This document shows positions 26,465 to 33,351 of a stretch of DNA of 42,406 nt, piece after piece. Origin of the DNA: a virus; the IMG/VR virus record IMGVR_UViG_3300040801_005514, positions 1 to 42,406 of that record. One strand, given 5' to 3'. Position 1 is the first letter of the stretch. Each line of letters opens with the position of its first letter. The position numbers and the translations under genes were made by a program. Below the pieces are notes generated by a model. The model was not told where the DNA came from. It saw only the letters and a program-made list of their open reading frames with translations, and made no database searches.

Positions 26465-27109
26465 TCATTCTCCTTTTAATACTAATTCTGAGAAATAGGG
26501 TAGTCGTAAAACCCACTCGCAAAGTAGCTTCCATTCTAGACGTTTATGATTTTTTCTTTGATGATATATAGTCTTTAGCGTCATATAATTAATCTTCACA
26601 GCGAGTGTCAATGTGCACTCTGGAAGAGCGGATATAGCTCTCTGAAAAGCAAATTCATCTTCAAGATGGTCTCTATAGTGTTTTATTGCTTTATACGCTC
26701 TCGTAAGCTCTTGTGTGGAAGCTCCTAAACACCAGTTCTTCAATTGATCAGACAGCTCGTCCTCAGGTGTCTCTTGTACAAGTGCCATGGTGCTTTGTGA
26801 CGATACCACTTCTATATGGTGATACCTTAGAAGTTGCTGTATCCACGACTGAGCCGCGGTGATATAGCAGTGTATTGTGGGGCCTTTAAGCCAACAATCG
26901 TATCCTGATCCAGCTGGTGCTTGTCCTAATCTAAGCGCTCTTAATATATCAGTATGTGCTATTTCCTGCTCAGTATCTATTTTTCCTATATATTTAGGTA
27001 ACTTAGAAGCAAAAATACTATGCTGCATTCCTGCTAAGGATAATCCTAAGATGCTGAAATTGAAATAATCATTTCCATATTGTATTTCTGGTAAGTCAAT
27101 TATTTTCAT
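26465..27109 (-). CDS. ThyX-fold-like protein with a degenerate active-site motif
   Basis: ITAAQSWIQQLLRYHHIEVVSSQS compared with the ThyX RHRxxSxxxxSxRY block, and the C-terminal LPECTLT...HQRKNHKRLEWKLL compared with the ThyX LP...R...aq.Ei block. The catalytic Arg and Tyr positions are replaced. Confidence 0.35.
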   Translation of the reverse strand: MKIIDLPEIQYGNDYFNFSILGLSLAGMQHSIFASKLPKYIGKIDTEQEIAHTDILRALRLGQAPAGSGYDCWLKGPTIHCYITAAQSWIQQLLRYHHIEVVSSQSTMALVQETPEDELSDQLKNWCLGASTQELTRAYKAIKHYRDHLEDEFAFQRAISALPECTLTLAVKINYMTLKTIYHQRKNHKRLEWKLLCEWVLRLPYFSELVLKGE

Positions 27110-27136
27110 ACACTTTTTCCTTTAATATGTTGTATA

Positions 27137-27161
27137 CATGTACAACCCGCTACTTGTACAG
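27137..27161. promoter_or_regulatory. Two further TGTACA cores (O2 27155-27160 in cttgtacag; O3 27139-27144 in catgtacaac) between the -10 and the SD
   Basis: Read directly. Centre-to-centre spacings from O1 are 24 and 40 bp. Confidence 0.45.
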
Positions 27162-27166
27162 CTTTT

Positions 27167-27195
27167 AATATACACACTTGTACAAGTGGAGTAAA
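27167..27195 (-). promoter_or_regulatory. Sigma70-like promoter TTTACT-17 nt-TATATT for the ThyX-like/YefM-like operon
   Basis: The minus strand reads atgTTTACTccacttgtacaagtgtgTATATTaaaagc, about 50 nt upstream of SD AAGGA and the ATG at 27109. Confidence 0.5.
27175..27188. promoter_or_regulatory. Perfect 14-bp palindrome CACTTGTACAAGTG (operator O1) filling the promoter spacer
   Basis: Self-complementary on inspection, with a TGTACA core at 27179-27184. Confidence 0.6.
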
Positions 27196-27346
27196 CATAA
27201 AAAATATTGAAGAAAAAAATAAACTCTTTATTAATATTTTAAAAAAATGTTAAAGTTTCTCTTTAGTGTTCCTATTGATACAATAGAGGGAGAGAAGAAA
27301 GCTTAATAGGGTTAACCCACAAAGAGGCCTCCAGGGATATATCGCT

Positions 27347-27388
27347 CCTAACCTAACCTAACCTAACCTAACCTAACCTAACCTAACC
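27347..27388. repeat. Pentanucleotide microsatellite (CCTAA)8CC, which is (TTAGG)n on the other strand
   Basis: Eight perfect tandem units counted, flanked by the palindromes GGGTTAACCC (27309-27318), GAGGCCTC (27324-27331) and CTCGAG (27392-27397). Confidence 0.95.
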
Positions 27389-27769
27389 AGCCTCGAGAGG
27401 TATTTTTAATGCCTTCTTTTTACCCCCTTCAAGTAAAATCAATAACTTAACTAAAAATAGTCGTTTAAATCGATTCTAAGACCAACTTCTTATACAATAC
27501 GAGTCTTAGTATAGGTTTTAGGCTAAACATACCTTAGAATAGATTCTACGGACTCTCAGAGGGTGTTTATCCGCTGTAGCTCCTCCCAATATTATTAGCC
27601 AAGGATTGAGAGATTATTCTTGTCGACCGAGATTTTGATCCTGTCTGCTCACTCGTCAGCCTGGTCAAGGAATGTTGTTTTTGGCTCAAATATAATTTTT
27701 TCTCATACCAATTTGATATTATTTATAAAATTAAGATTAGAAGGTCAAAACAATAGGATTTGAGGTCAG

Positions 27770-28080
27770 AGTTTAGAAAATAATTTCTAAACTTTTCTAA
27801 ACTTTCTAAACCCAAAAATACCTGTAACCTTATGATATAATTGGAGAGTTTAGAAAGTTTAGAAAGTTTAGGGTGCACATAGGGGTAGCGGTTACCCCCT
27901 ATCGAAATAAATAAATTAATAAACATATATGTATTGTAATACGTATTATTAGGGAGGGGGAGGGGGCCATATACCCATACCCGGGGGTCTGATCTAAACT
28001 TTCTAAACTTTCTAAACTCCTGAATGATATCAAGGGTTTAAAGAGTTTAAACGGTTTAAAAAAGTTTAGAAAGTTTAGAA
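27770..28080. repeat. Iteron arrays (core GTTTAGAA/GTTTAAA, 9-10 bp period); putative replication origin
   Basis: One forward copy at 27771-27778. Three reverse copies at 27784-27811. Three forward at 27848-27873. Three reverse at 27992-28018. Five forward at 28036-28080. The core at 27874-27990 holds a GC hairpin, an AT-rich stretch with the palindromes ACATATATGT and TAATACGTATTA, and G-tracts. A T10 run follows at 28085-28094. Confidence 0.6.
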
Positions 28081-28156
28081 ATGGTTTTTTTTTTAAAATT
28101 TTGTGAATTTCACAAATTTTAGTACAATTTTTTGTTAAGAATAGATTTTTTTATAT

Positions 28157-30742
28157 TTATTGTTTTTTTCTCAAAATCTCGTGCCCTGAGCTGGAATATT
28201 CGATCACGAACTCCTCGGAAAATTCTGATCGGATATAATTTAAGAAATTATCCTTGAGGCGGATCTCCTTGAAAGCATGAACAGGTCCTTTCATGTGGGC
28301 CCAAGACACATCATGGTGCTTGGCTAGCTGCCTTGTAATTTTCTTCCGCACTTTTTCTCTCATCGAAGATTCGCTTTTCTCCTGGTAGGTGATATCGTCC
28401 CTGCCACCAACATGTTTTTCACTCTGGATGATCCAAGAATTAAAGACCTCGCTCACCAATTCCTTGGCCGTTTTGACACTCTGGAAGGAAACGGTCTCGG
28501 GCGTTTGAGTCTGGTATCGATCTTCGCACAGCTCAATGAGGGCTGAGAGTTTGATCACATGAAGCCTCTTTCGTTTAGTAAAATCATCTTCTGACTGCTC
28601 CTTGTATGCCTCCTCTAGCGCCCTAAAAGAGTCCTCGGCCCCCTTGCTATCTAGGACCAGTTTCTGAGGCTGGTACGGGTCTGTTTCGTTAATGAGCCTT
28701 TTAAGAGTTTCCTGCTCCTTTTTAACCTCCTCGGCTTTTTTCTTCTTAGGTGAAGTGCCCTCTCCCAGAGTGATGAGCTCATATGATGGATTGCCGTCCT
28801 CGGCAATGCCGCATGGGTATTGTCTCTCATAGTACACTTTCCTTGGCTCATCTCTTCCTCTGTTCATGAGCTTCTTGAGTTGAGGAAGATCCCTTTGACA
28901 AAATGTATCAAGGATAGTTTCATAAATTTGTGACTCATCGTCTCCCTGACAGAAGTACTCTTCACTTAGCTCCTTTTCTTTTTGTTTTGCTCTCTGCTCA
29001 GCGATATAGAAAAGGGGTCTGTTCCCTATACCCTGGACAGCGTCGATGTTCCTGATGAACTCGTCTGAAAACTCATCGAAAGCCGAAGCGAAGAAAAGGG
29101 ACTCATACGTGTTGTAGAGTGTGCCCTCGTTTTCTGTTTTTGACACCCAGCCGGTTAACTCTCCATCATATAGCTTCGTGTGTGCTTTCTTAAGGGAGGC
29201 ATCCATGGAACCTGTACCTTTTTTAAGGAGGAAACCTCCCTCCGATTTTATCTCGTCGATAAGAAGTACAAAATCTCTTGATATCTTCTTACCTGACACT
29301 TGCCTGAACAAACCTATTGTCGACTTTGCTTCGTCAAGTTTCATGATGCCTAGCTCTTTAATCATCCGATTATAAACGTCGAAAAATATCTGTTTACCTG
29401 ATCCAGAACAGGCAAATATGCCTGTAAAAGTGTTTAACGATGCGGCCCCCTTATGCTTTAACACTTTAAAGGAGTACTCGTACTGTAGGGCTGCGGAGAC
29501 TATAGAGGTGGCTACAAGAAAGCCTGCAATAGGATGAGTGTTATCTTCGTAGAGCGTGTTTACTACTTTTGCAAGCCTAAAAAGAAGGTTTGTTTTTTCT
29601 TTTTCCTTGAGGATTTTTTGAACTTTCTTATCTATAGTATCAACTTTTTCTTTTAAAGAAATGTCCTTTTCATTTTCTTGTTCTTCCATGAAGGGTAGGT
29701 TTGAAAGTTGCTCCTCTGTCTCTATTCGCCACTCCTCTTGTACAAGTACCGTCTTCCTTATTTTTGTAGCTAGCGTCCCCCCTGATCGAGGTGAGTGGAG
29801 ACTATACCAGGTACTTCTACATTCCTCTTCATCCTCATAGTCGGGCATGAGTTTAGATAAGGTATGGAAGATGGTGAACTGTTTTTCCTCATCCACATCT
29901 AGTTTATGTGTCAGATATCCTAGCTGCAACCAAGCATTCCTACAGCAACCACTTTGCCATTTATTACCTACAGAAAGTGTATCCATGAACTCATCTAGTT
30001 TCTTTTGCGCCGTAGCATCTATCGCTTCCCCATCTCTAGTAGTGGCCCGTTCTATAGCTTGTGGGATGATTTTTTGAAAAGTGTGATAATCGTCTATAGT
30101 CTCCGTCTTAACTTGTACATGTTTTCTGTCTGGAGCTTGTTTCAAAGAAGACCAAAGTTCCTCAAAATCTTTAGGTAAGGAAGCTAGTATAATTTCGCCA
30201 GGTCCTCTTCCATCATCCCACTCGTGTCTTGCTTTAAGATCTTTTCCAAGGGCAGGAGGGCAGAAAAGGAGTCTCCTGTTTCCTTCTTGATTGGCTAGCA
30301 GATCAATTCCATGGAAAGCATTTATGTGCGTTCTCAGTTTTTTTTTAGTTTTAAAATATAAATGTTTTCCGCCTGAGGCCGTAGTTTCTGCAATGGTTTG
30401 TACATGAAGAAGCTCTGGGAACTTTTCTTGAATCGTTTTGAGTCCATTTTTATTCTTTTTCACATCTACATCAATAACGACTATATAATCTGCTCTATAC
30501 TTACTTTTCCCAATGAGTAGTGTAGGAATGAGCTCGTCTATAGAATCAAGTTTTTTAAAACTCTCTCTGCTAAACTCTTCATCCCACTCTTCTGCTCTAC
30601 CTAAAGGACGTCTGATGACTTCATTTTTTGCGCAGTATACTAGCTTGGATCTGATGATGGGTAACCCCCATTCTTGAGCAAACATATACGTCTTCTCTAG
30701 ATCTTTTTTGAACCTAGTTTCTTCAAATTCAAAATCTTCCAT
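28157..30742 (-). CDS. Replicase: N-terminal Prim-Pol (bifunctional primase/polymerase) fused to a P-loop NTPase (DUF3987/D5-like helicase)
   Basis: Prim-Pol motifs YIVVIDVDV, SGGKHLYF and HGIDLLANQ...FCPPA. Walker A ACSGSGKQ and Walker B VLLIDEIK in the C-terminal half. Confidence 0.65.
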   Translation of the reverse strand: MEDFEFEETRFKKDLEKTYMFAQEWGLPIIRSKLVYCAKNEVIRRPLGRAEEWDEEFSRESFKKLDSIDELIPTLLIGKSKYRADYIVVIDVDVKKNKNGLKTIQEKFPELLHVQTIAETTASGGKHLYFKTKKKLRTHINAFHGIDLLANQEGNRRLLFCPPALGKDLKARHEWDDGRGPGEIILASLPKDFEELWSSLKQAPDRKHVQVKTETIDDYHTFQKIIPQAIERATTRDGEAIDATAQKKLDEFMDTLSVGNKWQSGCCRNAWLQLGYLTHKLDVDEEKQFTIFHTLSKLMPDYEDEEECRSTWYSLHSPRSGGTLATKIRKTVLVQEEWRIETEEQLSNLPFMEEQENEKDISLKEKVDTIDKKVQKILKEKEKTNLLFRLAKVVNTLYEDNTHPIAGFLVATSIVSAALQYEYSFKVLKHKGAASLNTFTGIFACSGSGKQIFFDVYNRMIKELGIMKLDEAKSTIGLFRQVSGKKISRDFVLLIDEIKSEGGFLLKKGTGSMDASLKKAHTKLYDGELTGWVSKTENEGTLYNTYESLFFASAFDEFSDEFIRNIDAVQGIGNRPLFYIAEQRAKQKEKELSEEYFCQGDDESQIYETILDTFCQRDLPQLKKLMNRGRDEPRKVYYERQYPCGIAEDGNPSYELITLGEGTSPKKKKAEEVKKEQETLKRLINETDPYQPQKLVLDSKGAEDSFRALEEAYKEQSEDDFTKRKRLHVIKLSALIELCEDRYQTQTPETVSFQSVKTAKELVSEVFNSWIIQSEKHVGGRDDITYQEKSESSMREKVRKKITRQLAKHHDVSWAHMKGPVHAFKEIRLKDNFLNYIRSEFSEEFVIEYSSSGHEILRKKQ

Positions 30743-30762
30743 GTTTTTTGCCTTTTAATCTT

Positions 30763-31203
30763 TTAATCTTTTAAGTTTAGTAGCTCATCTATGTATATTC
30801 CTTGGTCTTTATATACTCTTGAAAGCCGCTCCCTTTCACTTCTCAGTAGATCATTGTCGCCGCGAATATAAGAGAGAAGAATTGAGCTGTCTATAAGATC
30901 TTGAGCGGTGATATAACCATCAGTTAACCTATGCAGGTTTTGTGCTACAGTAGCACTAACAGAGTAATTTCTTGCTTTCATTACGGAAAAGCTTCTCCAT
31001 TCAAGCCCTATTTTGTTAGCGATGTCACTGTTTGTTATGTAAGAATACCATTTCCCATTGTGCCATGTCGCCCTTGGGAACATAATATCGTGTATTTTTT
31101 TAGCTATAATACAAGGTTGGTGTAGGGAAGCTATCCTTTTCCCCTTCTCCTTCTGTGGCAATCCCTTGGTTAATTTCCTGTATAGTTGTTCTTGTGTTAG
31201 CAT
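30763..31203 (-). CDS. Putative HTH transcriptional regulator (XRE-like)
   Basis: NSDIANKIGLEWRSFSVMKARNYSVSATVAQNLHRL resembles an XRE HTH. ATG at 31203 with AGGAGA 9 nt upstream (the track start at 31212 is TTG). It is the first gene left of the divergent control region. Confidence 0.4.
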   Translation of the reverse strand: MLTQEQLYRKLTKGLPQKEKGKRIASLHQPCIIAKKIHDIMFPRATWHNGKWYSYITNSDIANKIGLEWRSFSVMKARNYSVSATVAQNLHRLTDGYITAQDLIDSSILLSYIRGDNDLLRSERERLSRVYKDQGIYIDELLNLKD

Positions 31204-31235
31204 CTTATTCAATCTCCTATTTTTTTTTTAAAAAT

Positions 31236-31306
31236 TTGTTTACTTTAAATATGTGCTGTGGTAATCAACATAAAGTAATATGGCTGCAAAGTAAACACAC
31301 TAGTGT
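31236..31306. promoter_or_regulatory. Divergent, overlapping promoter candidates plus the palindrome ACACTAGTGT
   Basis: Rightward: TTGTTT (31236-31241), 18 nt, then TGtGGTAAT (hexamer 31260-31265). Leftward: TTTACT (31295-31290), 17 nt, then TATGTT (31272-31267). Palindrome at 31297-31306. Confidence 0.3.
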
Positions 31307-31341
31307 ATGTTTTTTAAAATAGATACAGGTATAGATATTAT

Positions 31342-33213
31342 ATGGAAAGTATATTAATTAATAATGAAAAAGATGTTTATTTTTTAAGAAAATGCTATAA
31401 AGAAAGTGGACGGGTAGTTGTTTTTGATACTGAAACAACAGGTCTTTATAGGAGCCTCGGACACGTTCCTTTTGCGATCCAGCTCCTGATACCAAACAAA
31501 AACGGGATATACAACACGTTTTACATCAATCTTTACGACTATGATAACAGCGTCAAAAAAACGCCTAAGAAAATACTACAGCAAGCTCTAGAGATTGTCT
31601 TCATTAGTAAAGAAGAACGATTACTTATAGCACATAATATTAAGTTCGATCTCCATATGCTTTCTGCTATTGGCATTAAAGCCCATGGTACTTTCTACGA
31701 TACACAAGTAATTGCTCGACTTTTAAAAAATAATTTACCTTCCTACTCGCTGAAGAATTTATCAAAAAAATACTTGCCTAGCGAATTTCAAAAAGATGAT
31801 GAAATTAATATATGGATGAATGATAAAGATAATATAAAAACAGTAAAAATGCCTATAGATAATGGAAAAAAGAACTTAAAATATAATCCTCTTTTTATAA
31901 ATATAGATTTTAAAGTGATGTTTAAATACGGTATACAAGACGTTATAACTACTTATTGGCTTTTTAAAAAACAACAGAGTATGCTCAAGTCTTATGAAGA
32001 TAGCGAGCCTGAATATTATGAGTGCCTATCACTGAATATAGAACTGGAATGTGATGTAACCAAAGCCTTATTTTCCATGGAGAATAGAGGGCTTTTAGTT
32101 GATAAAGAGTATCTTGATGCAGCTATTAATCATGAAGAGAATACAATAAAAGAGTATGAATATAAGTTTTTTGAGCTCACGGGCCAACATTTTTTAGATA
32201 GCGATAAAATTTTGTTTGACGAATACAAAAGACTGTACAGTGTTGAGCTACCGATGGGTGAGCCGACTCCTAAATTAAAACTGGTAAAACCCAAAACAGA
32301 TGCAGAAACACTAAGAAACATCGACGTGCCACTATCAGACATCGTATTAGCTATTAGGAGAAGTACTAAACGACTTAACACTTATCTTTTAAATATTAAA
32401 AAAACACTGGGTTCAGGAGATATCTTGTATCCTAATTTCAATCAGACAGGTGCTGCCTCGCTACGTATGAGTAGTTCTGATCCTCTTAATTTACAAAACC
32501 TTCCTGCCGAGGATGGAGCGGAAGAATATCCTATCCGTGGATGCTTCATTCCAAGGCCAGGATACAAGTTTTGTTTTATTGATTTTGCAGCTCAAGAAGT
32601 ACGACTTATTCTTGATCTTGCGGGGGAGGTAGGTGCGATTAAAAAAATCCTCGATGGAGAAGATCCTCATCAGGCCAATGCTGATATCGCGGGTTGCAGC
32701 AGGAAGCAGGCTAAGACAGTTATCTTCTCTATCCTATATGGATCTGGGACAAGTACGCTAGCAGAACAGCTGAAAGTATCCGTGGAAGAGGCTGCAAAAA
32801 TAAAGAAGAAAATCCTTGACGGACTTCCAAAACTACGTGATTGGGCAATGAGAAAAATAAACTTTGCAGAAGATCATGGTATCTCTCATAACTGTTTTGG
32901 TGTCCGCTATCACTGGGATTTTAACGAAAAATATTATAAAGCGGTTAATTATGATATCCAAGGAGGGTGCGCTTATATAACTAAGAAAGCATGTGTAGCT
33001 ATAGAGAAACTTAAAAATAGCAATAAGAAGTATGCTGCTATACACCCCGTTGTTACTGTGCATGATGAGTTTGGAATTGAAGTTCCTGAAACATTTAGTT
33101 TAATAGATTGTAAAGAAATAGTAAAAGTAATGTGCGATGTATATATGCCTAGAAATGGCCTAAAAATGAGTGCTGATCCAGAGATATTAGAATATAGATG
33201 GGAAAAAAGTTAA
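31342..33213 (+). CDS. polA: Family A DNA polymerase with 3'-5' exonuclease domain (no 5' nuclease domain)
   Basis: Exo motifs VVFDTETTGL, HNIKFDLHML and YGIQDV. Pol motifs DFAAQEVRLILDL (A), RKQAKTVIFSILYGSG (B) and VHDEF (C). Confidence 0.85.
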   Translation: MESILINNEKDVYFLRKCYKESGRVVVFDTETTGLYRSLGHVPFAIQLLIPNKNGIYNTFYINLYDYDNSVKKTPKKILQQALEIVFISKEERLLIAHNIKFDLHMLSAIGIKAHGTFYDTQVIARLLKNNLPSYSLKNLSKKYLPSEFQKDDEINIWMNDKDNIKTVKMPIDNGKKNLKYNPLFINIDFKVMFKYGIQDVITTYWLFKKQQSMLKSYEDSEPEYYECLSLNIELECDVTKALFSMENRGLLVDKEYLDAAINHEENTIKEYEYKFFELTGQHFLDSDKILFDEYKRLYSVELPMGEPTPKLKLVKPKTDAETLRNIDVPLSDIVLAIRRSTKRLNTYLLNIKKTLGSGDILYPNFNQTGAASLRMSSSDPLNLQNLPAEDGAEEYPIRGCFIPRPGYKFCFIDFAAQEVRLILDLAGEVGAIKKILDGEDPHQANADIAGCSRKQAKTVIFSILYGSGTSTLAEQLKVSVEEAAKIKKKILDGLPKLRDWAMRKINFAEDHGISHNCFGVRYHWDFNEKYYKAVNYDIQGGCAYITKKACVAIEKLKNSNKKYAAIHPVVTVHDEFGIEVPETFSLIDCKEIVKVMCDVYMPRNGLKMSADPEILEYRWEKS

Positions 33214-33255
33214 TTTTTTTGTTTACAAAATGTAAATAATTTGTTACGTTAAAAG

Positions 33256-33276
33256 ATACACAAATTTGTGTATACT
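33256..33276 (+). promoter_or_regulatory. 18-bp perfect palindrome ATACACAAATTTGTGTAT overlapping a -10-like TATACT
   Basis: Palindrome at 33256-33273 and TATACT at 33271-33276, about 75 nt upstream of the SSB ATG. The -35 is weak (GTTAAA). Confidence 0.35.
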
Positions 33277-33351
33277 AATCGAACTCGAAGGCGAATACGA
33301 AAGTAATTATAATCCACGTTTCAGTCTTCATCTTTTACAGGAGGCATACAC

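Noticed and set aside
26198-27211. A 15-bp exact inverted repeat, ATAAAAAATATTGAA, flanking the ThyX-like/YefM-like operon could mark the ends of a mobile cassette
   Set aside because: The sequence is low-complexity and AT-rich, and a rough estimate suggests several such matches by chance in 42 kb. There are no target-site duplications and no transposase. It is more likely a shared promoter or UP-element-like sequence.
27347-27388. The (TTAGG)n repeat could be eukaryotic (arthropod telomere) contamination or a chimeric assembly
   Set aside because: It is only 42 bp and is embedded in continuous phage-like sequence, with phage regulatory elements within 150 bp on both sides. Nothing else in the window looks eukaryotic. 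Read-level support should still be checked.
27723-27926. 67-aa minus-strand ORF from the track (MFINLFISIGGNRYPYVHPKLSKLSKLSNYII...)
   Set aside because: It is the translation of the iteron arrays (KLSKLSKLS, LESLEKFRNYFLNS). It has no SD and sits in the putative origin, so it is almost certainly non-coding.
27770-28080. The short regularly spaced repeats might be a CRISPR array
   Set aside because: The repeat unit is only about 9 bp and is contiguous, with no 25-40 bp unique spacers. Orientation alternates and there are no cas genes. This is iteron-type architecture instead.
28098-28122. The palindrome TTGTGAAtTTCACAA resembles a CRP/FNR site (TGTGA...TCACA)
   Set aside because: The half-sites are separated by 3 nt, not the 6 nt of CRP-family sites. 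I treat it only as a possible hairpin or operator sharing CACAAA half-sites with 33256-33273.
27190-33230. The TGTTTAC heptamer shared by four promoter candidates (27190, 31290, 31238, 33224) might be a phage-specific regulatory motif
   Set aside because: A manual scan finds about 9-10 copies genome-wide, including inside genes. That is about what base composition predicts, so it is probably just a -35-like TTTAC(A/T) element.
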